Source: Bacteroidales bacterium (GTDB lineage Bacteria; Bacteroidota; Bacteroidia; Bacteroidales; UBA12077). Taken from it: a stretch of 64,000 nucleotides of DNA. How positions within the stretch are numbered: position 1 is the stretch's first letter; the number at the start of each line of letters is the position of its first letter. A model generated the notes under the pieces. It worked only from the letters and a program-made list of their open reading frames with translations, did not search any database and was not told the origin of the DNA. This document shows, piece by piece, positions 50,689 through 61,010 of the stretch. Made by a program: the position numbers and the translations under genes. Location of the stretch: positions 1 through 64,000 of the forward strand of contig JANQHR010000080.1 of the NCBI GenBank assembly GCA_028282585.1, written 5' to 3'.

Positions 50689-51094
50689 GCTTATAGTTAC
50701 CATAAATAGTTTCTCTTATAAACGAGCATTACCTGAAGATAAAACAGAAAATGGCGGTGGTTTCATATTTGATTGCAGAGCTATTCATAATCCTGGAAGA
50801 TACGAAGAATACAAAGCTTTAACAGGAAAAGATGAGGCTGTAATTCAATTTCTTGAGAATGAACCGGAAATGTCGGAGTTTTTAGGTCATGTATTTGCAC
50901 TCGTTAAACAATCTGTAAAGAAATATGTTGAGAGGGGTTTTACGCATTTAATGGTAAATTTCGGATGTACTGGAGGTCAGCATCGTTCTGTTTATTGTGC
51001 TGAAAAACTGGCTACAGAACTTAAAACTACATTTGATATCAATATTAATTTAAATCATATTGAGCAAGAAATATCAAAAAAAGAACACTCATGA
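50678..51094 (+). CDS. RapZ C-terminal domain protein (stand-alone)
   Basis: [30 protein letters not shown]. Confidence 0.85.
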   Translation: MKNKLIVTINSFSYKRALPEDKTENGGGFIFDCRAIHNPGRYEEYKALTGKDEAVIQFLENEPEMSEFLGHVFALVKQSVKKYVERGFTHLMVNFGCTGGQHRSVYCAEKLATELKTTFDININLNHIEQEISKKEHS

Positions 51095-51819
51095 AAGCAA
51101 TGATTTTTGCTGCCGGTAAAGGTACAAGATTAAAACCGTTAACCGATTATACTCCCAAAGCATTGATTAAATTTAATGGAACACCATTAATTGAGTTGAT
51201 TATAAAAAAGCTAATATCATCAGGAGTTAAAGAAATTATCATAAATGTTCATTATTTGGCGGATCAAATCACTGGTTTTTTAAAAAGAAATAACAACTTT
51301 GGTATTAGAATAGAAATTTCAGATGAATCGAATCATTTGTTAGATACCGGAGGAGGATTAAAAAAAGCATCATGGTTTTTTGATGACAATCAATCATTTA
51401 TTTTACATAATACGGATGTAATTAGTAACATCAGTTTAAATCATATGATTGATTATCATAAATCTAAAAATGCTCTGGCAACTTTGGCAATAAGAAATAG
51501 GATTTCGAGCCGGTACTTTTTATTTAACGACGATTACGAATTATGTGGTTGGAAAAATATTAAAACAAGAAAGGAAGTTATAACCAAAACATCAAATCAA
51601 TCAAAAGAATATGCTTTTAGTGGAATACATATTATAAATCCGGAGATTTTTAGATATTTCCAGAACGAAGAATGCTTTTCTATTATTAATACTTACCTGA
51701 ACCTGACTAAAATAAAAACCATATCAGGTTATCAACACAACAAAGATTATTGGTTTGATATAGGTACTCAAAAAAAACTCTCAGAAGCCGAGGGTTACCT
51801 AAATTCTATAAAAAAGTGA
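51091..51819 (+). CDS. murU: Nucleotidyltransferase, MurU-like
   Basis: [31 protein letters not shown]. Confidence 0.75.
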   Translation: MKAMIFAAGKGTRLKPLTDYTPKALIKFNGTPLIELIIKKLISSGVKEIIINVHYLADQITGFLKRNNNFGIRIEISDESNHLLDTGGGLKKASWFFDDNQSFILHNTDVISNISLNHMIDYHKSKNALATLAIRNRISSRYFLFNDDYELCGWKNIKTRKEVITKTSNQSKEYAFSGIHIINPEIFRYFQNEECFSIINTYLNLTKIKTISGYQHNKDYWFDIGTQKKLSEAEGYLNSIKK

Positions 51820-51905
51820 TATAAATCAATTTTTTTTATTAAACAATTCTTTATTTAAAACGTATTCACTACCTGTTAGTATTTTTTATTTAAAGTATCG
51901 GATAA

Positions 51906-53288
51906 ATGACGTATAGAGATGATTACTTGAACGATAAAATTCAAGACCCGTTTGATAGAATTAGGCAACCATTTAAAAGATTTTTACATATCGAATCTTC
52001 AGGAGGAATTTTGTTGATAATTGCTACAATTTTAGCTCTTATCGTTGCAAATTCGGAATGGGGAAATCATTACGAGACTTTTTTTAAGCAAGAGTTCAGG
52101 ATAGGAACAGAAGACTTTTATTTGTCTGAATCAATTATACATTGGATTAATGATGGATTAATGGCTATTTTCTTTTTCCTTGTTGGGTTAGAAATTAAAA
52201 GAGAACTTCTGGTTGGTGAACTATCATCACCAAAAAAAGCTGCACTTCCCATAATAGCTGCAATTGGAGGTATGGTTATTCCCGCAATGATTTTTGTATT
52301 TACGTTAGGTGATGGTTTAGGAAAAGAAGGTTGGGGAATTCCAATGGCTACTGATATAGCTTTCTCTCTTGGAATATTAAGTTTATTAGGTAAACGAGTC
52401 CCTCTTCCATTAAAGGTATTTCTTGTTGCATTTGCTATTGTTGATGATATTGGTGCCATTGTAGTAATTGCATTATTCTATAGTCATGAAATTCATTGGA
52501 CATTTTTAATAATTGCATTAACATTAATCGCATTTCTGTTTGTACTTAACAAATTAAACATAAGATATATACCATTCTATATGGTAACAGGCTGGATTGT
52601 TTGGTTTTTATTTTTACATTCTGGTATTCATGCAACTATTGCAGGTGTTCTGCTAGCTTTTACAATACCATCTGCGCGTAAAATTGAATTGAAAGATTTT
52701 AGTTTCAGGATTAAAAGAAACCTAAAAGATTTTGAGGATAATCCACATACAGACAATGTTGCATTACAACATTCACAATTAGCTGCTATTGATAATATGC
52801 AATCTCAAATTTATAAAATACAAAGCCCTTTGCAGCAATTGGAACATAACCTTCATGGGTTTGTAACTTATTTGGTAATGCCACTGTTTGCATTTGCTAA
52901 TGCTGGAGTTGTTCTAAAAAGTTCCGGAGTAGATACTTTCAATATACTAACTCTAACCATTAGTAGCAGTTTAGTTTTTGGTAAAATAGTTGGAATATTC
53001 CTGTTCTCTTACCTAACAGTTAGACTAGGTTTTTCAGCATTACCTGACAACGTTAACTGGGAACATATATTCGGAGCAGGAATTTTAGGAGGTATAGGTT
53101 TTACCATGTCTCTGTTTATAAGCAATCTGGCATATGAAAATATCGGTCTGTTACGCGGTGTGGTTGAAAATCAGGCAAAACTAGGTATATTGATGGGGTC
53201 GTTGATTGCTGCTCTGTTTGGATATTTGTACTTAAGGTTTGTATTTTCCCGAAACACGGTTAAAGTTAAAATTAAAGTTAAATCTTAA
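51906..53288 (+). CDS. nhaA: Na+/H+ antiporter NhaA
   Basis: WINDGLMAIFF, GWGIPMATDIAF, AIVDDIGA, GIGFTMSLFI. Confidence 0.95.
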   Translation: MTYRDDYLNDKIQDPFDRIRQPFKRFLHIESSGGILLIIATILALIVANSEWGNHYETFFKQEFRIGTEDFYLSESIIHWINDGLMAIFFFLVGLEIKRELLVGELSSPKKAALPIIAAIGGMVIPAMIFVFTLGDGLGKEGWGIPMATDIAFSLGILSLLGKRVPLPLKVFLVAFAIVDDIGAIVVIALFYSHEIHWTFLIIALTLIAFLFVLNKLNIRYIPFYMVTGWIVWFLFLHSGIHATIAGVLLAFTIPSARKIELKDFSFRIKRNLKDFEDNPHTDNVALQHSQLAAIDNMQSQIYKIQSPLQQLEHNLHGFVTYLVMPLFAFANAGVVLKSSGVDTFNILTLTISSSLVFGKIVGIFLFSYLTVRLGFSALPDNVNWEHIFGAGILGGIGFTMSLFISNLAYENIGLLRGVVENQAKLGILMGSLIAALFGYLYLRFVFSRNTVKVKIKVKS

Positions 53289-53303
53289 CCTAATAATTCA
53301 TGG

Positions 53304-53328
53304 GCCTTGATCAATCAAGGCTTTTTTT
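53304..53328 (+). terminator. Terminator after nhaA
   Basis: GCCTTGA-TCAA-TCAAGGC-TTTTTTT. Confidence 0.8.
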
Positions 53329-53534
53329 GTAGCTTAATTAATCAGGCTAAATCGATGTTTTATTAGACTCACTAATGGTAGTATTATTAGATTATTTTTG
53401 GTTACTATTTGTTCAGGTAAAAAAACAAATAAGAAAGTTAAACTACTCTGACTAAAATCAAGAGTATTTTTTTTGCTTAAGTATTTTGTTAATCATTCAT
53501 TTATAATATCTTTATTGCTAATAACTCATTTTAC

Positions 53535-54263
53535 ATGGTTAGTTTTTTAAATATTGCTGCTTATGATATTAGAGTCTCATTTGAATTCTTGGTTATTTTA
53601 GTACTTTTTGCTTATATCACTTACCTTCATCTTAAATTATCCAAAAAGAACTTCATTATAAAAAACTATATCGACAAGTTTGGTAAGGATAAAAATAATA
53701 TTGACAAAAATGATGTTATAAGCTTTCTTGAGAACCTAAAAAATCCTGATTATAAGGGAATTGTCACAAAAGACAAATTACTTGATCATAAGTTTAGTAA
53801 GTTTCTTTTCGAAGACGACGATAAAGTAAAACTGTTTTTACATTATACAGCCAAACTTAATGTTGCAAAAAAAATCCTTACCAATGGTTTTAAATTTTTA
53901 AATTCATTTTATAAAACAGCTGAATACATCTATAATGATGAACTATATCTTGTTCACAGACATCATGAGCATAAACAATATGGAAAGTATGTAATTGTAA
54001 TTTGCATCTCCAAAGAGATTTACGATCATTATTCCGAAGAATTGAATAAACTTCATGCTAAGAATATTGCCGTGGAGCAAATACTAACAGAACAAGCTCC
54101 TGTTAAAGATGATGAAGGTGATGAAACTTATATTTTACCGAAACAATTTATTAAAGGATACTTTAACTATTTGGATGGAACAATTGTAAAAAATCCGGAT
54201 TATGATTATAATTATCATTCAGATATTTTTGGAGAAAACGTAAAAAATCTGAATATAGAATAA
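53535..54263 (+). CDS. Hypothetical protein with N-terminal TM anchor
   Basis: 242-aa ORF with one TM helix; LHYT...ILTNGF and LPKQFIKGY motifs. Confidence 0.75.
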   Translation: MVSFLNIAAYDIRVSFEFLVILVLFAYITYLHLKLSKKNFIIKNYIDKFGKDKNNIDKNDVISFLENLKNPDYKGIVTKDKLLDHKFSKFLFEDDDKVKLFLHYTAKLNVAKKILTNGFKFLNSFYKTAEYIYNDELYLVHRHHEHKQYGKYVIVICISKEIYDHYSEELNKLHAKNIAVEQILTEQAPVKDDEGDETYILPKQFIKGYFNYLDGTIVKNPDYDYNYHSDIFGENVKNLNIE

Positions 54264-54330
54264 TTCATTAGTAGTTTCAAAATAATTTAAATTCCTTAAT
54301 TTTAATCTTCCATAAAATTTTAATCTATTT

Positions 54331-54873
54331 ATGAATTTTAGCAAAAGAGAAATAGCTAAAATGCTTGGTGATAGCTCTAGATTACAAGCTGATATGGTTG
54401 CAGAAACTATACTAGATAATCAGGAATCATTTCAAAATCTTGTTGATTTGATGCTTGACGATGATGGTCAAATGGCAATGCGAGTATCAAGGGTTGTTGA
54501 AATATGCGAATCATACAAGCCAAGGTTGTTTGAACCATTCTCAAGAAAAATACTTAATAGATTACCTCAATGTAAAACTCCCGGAGTTAAAAGAAATATT
54601 TTAAAAATATATACGCGTAGGGATATGCCTAAGGATGAGGAATTAAAAGGTAATATTATTGAGCTTTGTTTTGATTGGATGAGATCTCCTTTGCAACCTG
54701 TTGCGGTAAGAGTGTTGTCAATGATGGTATTGGAAAGAATCGCATTAAAAGAACAATGGTTAATTCCGGAATTATTGTATTCTGTCGAAGATTTATTAGA
54801 AAAAGAAAATGTTTACGCAATTCAGCATCATGGGAAAAAAACTGCACAAAACCTACGCAAATTCATGTTATAA
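54331..54873 (+). CDS. Hypothetical helical-repeat (HEAT-like) protein
   Basis: CFDW...PVAVRVLSM..L pattern common in Bacteroidota hypothetical proteins. Confidence 0.7.
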   Translation: MNFSKREIAKMLGDSSRLQADMVAETILDNQESFQNLVDLMLDDDGQMAMRVSRVVEICESYKPRLFEPFSRKILNRLPQCKTPGVKRNILKIYTRRDMPKDEELKGNIIELCFDWMRSPLQPVAVRVLSMMVLERIALKEQWLIPELLYSVEDLLEKENVYAIQHHGKKTAQNLRKFML

Positions 54874-55391
54874 TGACTGATTTTACTAACATAGCATATT
54901 TACAAAAAGGTAATATTAAACAACAAAAAGCTTATGGTACTTTAATAGATTTAGATATTTTTGAAAAGTTAAAAGAGTTTTCTCCGGTTCTAACCGGTAC
55001 AATCCCAATTGATATTGATATTGATGGTAGCGATTTGGATATTGTTTGTTTTTGTAAAGACTTAAAACTGTTTCAGGAAAAAGTTACCAAATATTATCAA
55101 AATTTTAATGGTTTTGTGCTACAACAAAAATTAATACGCAACCATAACACGATTGTTGTAAGGTTTTATCATAATGATTTTTTAATTGAGCTTTTTGGGC
55201 AAAACAGGCCAATCGAAGAACAAGAAGCATACAGGCATATGCTTATAGAGCATAAAGTGTTAATTGAAAAAGGTGAATGTTTCAGGCAACAAGTCATTGA
55301 ATTAAAGAAACTGGGATATAAAACGGAACCTGCCTTTGCTAAATTGCTTGGATTAAAGGGAAACCCATATGATGAACTTCTAAAAATCTAA
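54873..55391 (+). CDS. DUF4269 protein
   Basis: ATG overlaps the previous stop; GTIPIDIDIDGSDLDI, AYRHMLIE, KTEPAFA. Confidence 0.85.
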   Translation: MTDFTNIAYLQKGNIKQQKAYGTLIDLDIFEKLKEFSPVLTGTIPIDIDIDGSDLDIVCFCKDLKLFQEKVTKYYQNFNGFVLQQKLIRNHNTIVVRFYHNDFLIELFGQNRPIEEQEAYRHMLIEHKVLIEKGECFRQQVIELKKLGYKTEPAFAKLLGLKGNPYDELLKI

Positions 55392-55423
55392 AATTAGCAT
55401 TGCTATTTTAAAATTCAAGCCAT

Positions 55424-55882
55424 TCATTCGCAACAAGAAACTTTTTCTTTTCTAAAAAGGTTAATAAACAGGGCAACAAAACAAACCTGGGTAAGAGCTG
55501 CAATACTTGCAACTGTTATCATAAGCCCTCCTGCAATAATTGCCGAAAGATTATCTCCGATATATAAAAAATATCCACTACACGATAGTACAATGGCCCC
55601 AATCCCACATCCTATACTTCGGGCTATACCCATCGGTGGCACCTTTGTTTTTGCCAACAAATTATAAACACGATCATAAAGGCTGTTTTTTGAAAAAGCA
55701 CCAACTAAAGTAGTTGCTGCTACAATAAACATGATAATATGCGATTGTAATATTAACCCTATTAAGGTAAATACAATGCAACTGATTGGAGTAACTCGCA
55801 TAATACCCGCCAATTCAGTTGATTCCTTTTCAGAAACCGGAAATAAAAGCTGATCATTAATCCTACTTGCTACTTTATTCAT
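55424..55882 (-). CDS. DUF4395-like membrane protein
   Basis: Four TM helices; PP...AR.IG and QVCFVA motifs. Confidence 0.6.
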   Translation of the reverse strand: MNKVASRINDQLLFPVSEKESTELAGIMRVTPISCIVFTLIGLILQSHIIMFIVAATTLVGAFSKNSLYDRVYNLLAKTKVPPMGIARSIGCGIGAIVLSCSGYFLYIGDNLSAIIAGGLMITVASIAALTQVCFVALFINLFRKEKVSCCE

Positions 55883-55981
55883 ATTTCTTAGTCTTTGGCT
55901 TCAAGCCCAAATGTACCAATAATCAACCTAAATAAATGATTTTAAATCTTAATATTTGTTAATAAAAACCTTAAAAGAGAA

Positions 55982-56644
55982 TTAATCTTGGGTCAATTTT
56001 CTACCTAACTCACCACATTCCTCTAAAAGTTTTTGATTTCTGTTATAATCATCCCTAACAAGTTTCCGGTTTAATTTTAATTTGGGGTACAACTCTTTTA
56101 GCTCTTCCTCCGTTTTCTGAACCTGTTTAATTACTGCCAACCTGGTTCCCTTAATAACATGTAAGCGGTTATTATCGCCCAACACCTCTTTCATATATTT
56201 GAATAAATCAATAACTGGTTGGGCGTCGGAATCATCGGACGAACCCATAGAAAGGAGCAAAACAAAATCTTTGTTCCAATTTTTCCATGGTGTATGTATT
56301 AATCCGGCTTCAGTTATTTGAACATGGACAAACGACCGAAACCTGTCAATTATATTTTTTAAAGGAGCTGTAACATAATGAAAATAAATCGGAGATGAGA
56401 AAACCAAAATATCAGCTTCGTTAATTTTTTGGCTTAACTCTTCCCAATCGTCTCCTCTTATTGCACAGCGTTTAACCAAATTACACCGCAAACAGCCATT
56501 ACAGTATTTAATATCCAAATCCTTTGCAACTATATGCTCAATTTGATTTGTATTATGCTCTGCCCCTTCAATAAAATGCTGTAATAAAATGGATGTGTTG
56601 CCCATTTTACGTGTACTGCCATCAAGCACTAAAACTTTTTTCAT
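55982..56644 (-). CDS. Flavodoxin-like iron-sulfur flavoprotein (WrbA/Isf family)
   Basis: GSTRKMGNT, CNGCLRC...C, SPIYF, KNIIDR. Confidence 0.85.
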   Translation of the reverse strand: MKKVLVLDGSTRKMGNTSILLQHFIEGAEHNTNQIEHIVAKDLDIKYCNGCLRCNLVKRCAIRGDDWEELSQKINEADILVFSSPIYFHYVTAPLKNIIDRFRSFVHVQITEAGLIHTPWKNWNKDFVLLLSMGSSDDSDAQPVIDLFKYMKEVLGDNNRLHVIKGTRLAVIKQVQKTEEELKELYPKLKLNRKLVRDDYNRNQKLLEECGELGRKLTQD

Positions 56645-56649
56645 ACTAC

Positions 56650-57027
56650 TTATTTAGGGTTCGCAAATGATGTATTTTTAAAATAGTCGCTGATAAATGA
56701 AATTCTATCGCCAGAAAAATAAAATAAGGTAATTCCACTATTCTCATACAAACTTCCATCGAGGTATTCGCCCTTATTTGTCCAAACAACGCACGCTTTT
56801 TTATCTCCTACAACTACATCATTAACATTGAATTTTAAGTTCTTATATTTTCTCAATAGAACCTTAAAAAACAAAATTACACGTTTAGCCCCTTCAATTC
56901 TATCTGTTCCCGGAAAATCAAAAGATATATCTTCTAATGCATTATCTTGAAACTTCGAAAATTCACCCGTATTCATTGCATCAAATATACTAACTGCAAT
57001 TCTCTTATAATCAATCTCGTGATTCAT
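56650..57027 (-). CDS. SnoaL/NTF2-like protein
   Basis: FDFPG, WTNKG..YENSG, ISDYFK. Confidence 0.75.
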   Translation of the reverse strand: MNHEIDYKRIAVSIFDAMNTGEFSKFQDNALEDISFDFPGTDRIEGAKRVILFFKVLLRKYKNLKFNVNDVVVGDKKACVVWTNKGEYLDGSLYENSGITLFYFSGDRISFISDYFKNTSFANPK

Positions 57028-57134
57028 TTATAATAAAGTTTAAATTTTGAAATTAATTTTAATTAATACTTATATGCCCTAATTAATCTGGTGAGTTTGA
57101 TTAATTTTGCTAAAATTAACAATTAAAAATTAAA

Positions 57135-58070
57135 ATGTATAAACATCTGTTTGGTCCGGTTCCATCAAGAAGGCTAGGTATGTCATTGGGAGTAGATTTA
57201 GTTCCTCATAAAGTTTGTACGCTAAATTGTATTTATTGTGAATGCGGAGCCTCTACAAATCTTACAACGGAAAGAAAGGAATATGTTTCGTATTATGAAA
57301 TTATCAAAGAACTAAATGACTTTTTTTCAGAAAATGAAAAGCCCGATTATATAACCTTTTCCGGGGCAGGTGAACCTACGTTAAATATCAATATTGGCAA
57401 GGTAATAGATTACATAAAAAATAACTATCCCGAAGTTCCTATTGCCGTATTAACCAATGGCAGCTTATTTAATGACAAAAAAGTCAGACAAGAATTATTA
57501 AAGGCCGATTTGATATTACCTTCACTAGATGCCTCTACAGAAAAAGCATTCAAGAAAATTGACCGCCCAAGTAAAAAACTAAACATTGAAGAATACATTC
57601 AGGGTTTGATAAATTTCAGAAACGAATTTAATGGGACAATTTGGTTAGAAATAATGATTCTGCCAGGGATTAATGATGATTTGGAAAATCTTGAAGGTTT
57701 AAAAGACGCAATTCTAAAAATAAATCCCGATAAAATTCAATTGAATACCTTAGACCGTCCGGGAGTTATTGATAAAATAAGGGCTGCAAACCGTTTAGAA
57801 CTTCAAATTATTATTGATTTATGGAATATCGAAAATATTGATATTATTGCATCTTCTGCTAGAAAAAAGGATAAGCATGGATTTAGAAAAGATACCGAAA
57901 ATGCAATTTTGGAAACAATCTCCAGGCGCCCGTGCACATTAGAGGATTTGGAAAGCATGTTAGGAATTCATGTTCATGAAATAAATAAATACCTTGATAT
58001 TCTTGATCAGGAAGGAAGAATTGAAACATACAGGCAAGAACGGGGAATATTTTACCGTTTAAAGCAATAA
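57135..58070 (+). CDS. Radical SAM protein (COG0731/TYW1-like Fe-S oxidoreductase)
   Basis: FGPVPSRRLGMSLG, CTLNCIYC, FSGAGEPTL; C-terminal wHTH. Confidence 0.9.
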   Translation: MYKHLFGPVPSRRLGMSLGVDLVPHKVCTLNCIYCECGASTNLTTERKEYVSYYEIIKELNDFFSENEKPDYITFSGAGEPTLNINIGKVIDYIKNNYPEVPIAVLTNGSLFNDKKVRQELLKADLILPSLDASTEKAFKKIDRPSKKLNIEEYIQGLINFRNEFNGTIWLEIMILPGINDDLENLEGLKDAILKINPDKIQLNTLDRPGVIDKIRAANRLELQIIIDLWNIENIDIIASSARKKDKHGFRKDTENAILETISRRPCTLEDLESMLGIHVHEINKYLDILDQEGRIETYRQERGIFYRLKQ

Positions 58071-58868
58071 ATGGGTAGTATGGATAATACCGTATATACT
58101 ATATCGGCCAGGGGAAAAAAATTGAAGCAGCCCATTGAGAAATATTTAAAGGCTTATTTTCCAAATATCCCATTCAATAAGATTGATAGTGTTTTTGGAT
58201 TTGTTGAAAAATCTTCCCTTTATAGCGGAAGGCCATTTTTTCGCCCGCAAATTTCTGAAAAAGATTATCAATTTCTTCAAAATCATCATATTGGGATAAG
58301 AATTCCTTTTACAAACCATTATGTTTCCGATATAGAATATAAAAAATATAAAACTTTGCTGGAAAAATACCATAAAGAAGGAAACTCATTAATAATAACC
58401 AATAATACTTTTGCGAGTTGGATAAAGAGAGATTTTCCTTATTATAAAATTGAAGCCAGCATATTAAAAGAAATAGATTCGTTGGAAAAAATCAACGAGG
58501 CATTAAAATTATATGATACGGTAGTACTTCCAATGAATGTGAATAATAACACCCGGTTATTAGAATCAATAGAACAAAAAGACAGAATTACATTGTTTGG
58601 AAATGCTGGTTGCGCTTTAACCTGCCCTAACCGAATTTGCTATAATTACATTTCAAAGCGAAATAAAATCTTGGGAAACAGTAATTATATTTTAAGAAGT
58701 ATATACTATTTCTATTCGTTTTTTGTAATAAGAAAATGGTGTATGCACAAAATAAAGCCGCGTAAGTTGCATGGCGTTAGTGATTTTGATATTGATAAAT
58801 ACCACCAGATGGGATTTCGGAGGTTTAAAATGTTAAGGGAACATTCAGGCAGAAAAACAGGATATTAG
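58071..58868 (+). CDS. Hypothetical protein, distantly U32-peptidase-like
   Basis: SLYSGR, KIEASI, LFGNAGCALTCPNRIC, GFRRFK resemble U32-like TIM-barrel/Fe-S motifs. Confidence 0.5.
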   Translation: MGSMDNTVYTISARGKKLKQPIEKYLKAYFPNIPFNKIDSVFGFVEKSSLYSGRPFFRPQISEKDYQFLQNHHIGIRIPFTNHYVSDIEYKKYKTLLEKYHKEGNSLIITNNTFASWIKRDFPYYKIEASILKEIDSLEKINEALKLYDTVVLPMNVNNNTRLLESIEQKDRITLFGNAGCALTCPNRICYNYISKRNKILGNSNYILRSIYYFYSFFVIRKWCMHKIKPRKLHGVSDFDIDKYHQMGFRRFKMLREHSGRKTGY

Positions 58869-59016
58869 ATCTCTAATTCTATCCAAACAGCTAGTAATCT
58901 TTGCATTAACAAATTTATTAAAAAACTTAACATTAATTTAATGTTAATTATTGCTATAAATTTAAATGTTATGTTAATTTTGTGTTAATTATTTATTAAT
59001 CTAATATTATCTTGTC

Positions 59017-59721
59017 ATGGAAGACAATAAAAATGTAAATTCTAATTTAACAGAAAACGATAAAAACTCTCAAGAAAAAAGCGCAAAGGAAGTTTCTCCT
59101 GAAAAGAAACCTGTAAGAAAAACAGGAACTACAAGAAGTACTAACACAAGAAGAACTACTAAAACCTCTACTTCTGCAACAAGAACTGCAAAGACTGCAT
59201 CTGGAAATCCAGCCACCAGGGCTAAAACAACTACAACCAGAAAACCAGCTACTACTGCAAAATCTGGTACAATAAGAAGTGCCAATACAAGCACAAGCAC
59301 AAGTACAAAAACTATAGCAGCTTCTAAAAAGGCAGTAGCTGAACCCAAAAAGGAATTGGAAGAATTTAAATCTACAAGCCCTACAGTAGCTCAAAAAGAG
59401 AAAAAAGAAATTTTAAATAAGATTGAAGGAGCTATTGAAAAGCCGGAAGTAAAGAGCACAGAACCGGAAATTGCTCCTGAAGCAATCAAACCAAATAAAA
59501 CAAATAAAATGACTAAAAAGCAAAAGGAAAAAATCAAAGATGCTAAAAAGAAAGTTGGAAAAATCGAAAAACAGGCCAACGGTATCGAAAAAAAATTAAA
59601 AAAAGCCAAGAAGAAAAAAGCTGGTAAGAAAAAACTAAAAAAACTTAGAACCAACTTTAAGGATATAATTAAAAAGCTTAAATCAAGCAGGAAAAAACTT
59701 AAAAAAGCTAAGAAATCTTAG
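59017..59721 (+). CDS. Low-complexity Thr/Lys-rich basic protein (histone H1-like composition)
   Basis: T/A/K/R-rich N-terminal half and very Lys-rich C-terminal coiled coil; own -7 element and terminator. Confidence 0.7.
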   Translation: MEDNKNVNSNLTENDKNSQEKSAKEVSPEKKPVRKTGTTRSTNTRRTTKTSTSATRTAKTASGNPATRAKTTTTRKPATTAKSGTIRSANTSTSTSTKTIAASKKAVAEPKKELEEFKSTSPTVAQKEKKEILNKIEGAIEKPEVKSTEPEIAPEAIKPNKTNKMTKKQKEKIKDAKKKVGKIEKQANGIEKKLKKAKKKKAGKKKLKKLRTNFKDIIKKLKSSRKKLKKAKKS

Positions 59722-59754
59722 TTTTGGTTTGGGAAATTGTTTTTTCATGTGAAT

Positions 59755-59784
59755 GGCACAAACGTTAAAGTTTGTGCCTTTTTT
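59755..59784 (+). terminator. Intrinsic terminator
   Basis: GGCACAAAC-GTTAAA-GTTTGTGCC-TTTTTT. Confidence 0.85.
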
Positions 59785-60025
59785 AGTTTTAGAATTAACG
59801 CAATTATTAATAATGTTTCTGTAAATACTACATTATTTTGTTTGCTTTAATTATATTTAATGGAATAAGAAGCTCTGATTTAATCTTTTTTAGTATGATT
59901 ACAGAAGTTTTACAACAACCTAAACTTAAACAATATATCAAAAGAATTATTAGGAGTTATAGTTTCGTTTTAAACAAGCTGGGCTAATACAAATAAGCGG
60001 GTCTTTTTTACTAAAACTTTAAGCC

Positions 60026-60742
60026 ATGAATGCTCAAGAATTACATCAAGATATTATAATGTTCTGTGAACAACATGCAGACGAAGAAAATGTTAAAAAA
60101 TATTCCAGATATTTTAAGGAAGGATTTGTTGGGTTTGGTATTGAAAATAAACTAATTCCGGTTAAAGTTAAAGAATACAAAAAATTTGAATGGTGCACCA
60201 TAAATGTTGTTTACGAAGTTTCAAGGTTACTTGTACCCGATAAGAGGCATGAACTTCCAAATTTTGCATTATTATTACTTAATGAATTTAAAAATAAATT
60301 TGATATTAATACCTTTCACGAAGTCGAGTCGTGGTTTACGATTGGCATTACTAACTGGGCACATACCGATGGAATAGTCCAATATTTCTTTCCTGTATTT
60401 TGGAAAAAGGAAATTATAAAACTCAATGATTTATCCAAATGGAGAAAAGCAAAAAATAAATTTCAACGACGTTGTGTTCCTGTTGGAATGATCAAACTTT
60501 TAAAACATAGCGAAGACTTTGGTAAGATGTTTAAGTTTATTGATCCGTTGATGATGGATCCTGAACGCGAAGTTCACCAGGGACTGGGTTGGTTTCTCCG
60601 AGAATGTTGGAAAAGAAACCGATATAAGACAGAAAGTTTCTTAATGAAGTGGAAAAATGATTGTGCAAGATTAATTATTCAATATGCTACCGAAAAAATG
60701 ACCAAAGAAGAGCGTTTAAAGTTTCGAAAAGGTAAAAAGTAA
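60026..60742 (+). CDS. DNA alkylation repair protein (AlkD-like)
   Basis: NWAHTD, VHQGLGWFLRE, YATEK. Confidence 0.85.
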   Translation: MNAQELHQDIIMFCEQHADEENVKKYSRYFKEGFVGFGIENKLIPVKVKEYKKFEWCTINVVYEVSRLLVPDKRHELPNFALLLLNEFKNKFDINTFHEVESWFTIGITNWAHTDGIVQYFFPVFWKKEIIKLNDLSKWRKAKNKFQRRCVPVGMIKLLKHSEDFGKMFKFIDPLMMDPEREVHQGLGWFLRECWKRNRYKTESFLMKWKNDCARLIIQYATEKMTKEERLKFRKGKK

Positions 60743-61010
60743 AATCGCAAGTTAGAAAGAACAATATTTTTGAAATATTATTCTTTCCAATGATTTAATT
60801 AAACATGCACTGAAATCTTTAAAACAACCGTTTTTACCAAGTTGGCGTAATCAGCATAAGACATTTTTAATAATTCGGAATGAGTGCCTGCAGCGAATGA
60901 AATTTCTTTTTGAGTTGTAAGTGATTTCACAACAAATACTTCCAACTTATATAAATTACCAAATGGAGGTATTGCGCCTACCTCGCAGTTTGGGAAAATA
61001 CTCGTAAATT

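Noticed and set aside
60870-60995. GC-richer patches resembling a degenerate REP-like element between convergent genes
   Set aside because: Arms too degenerate to define a repeat; no second copy in the window
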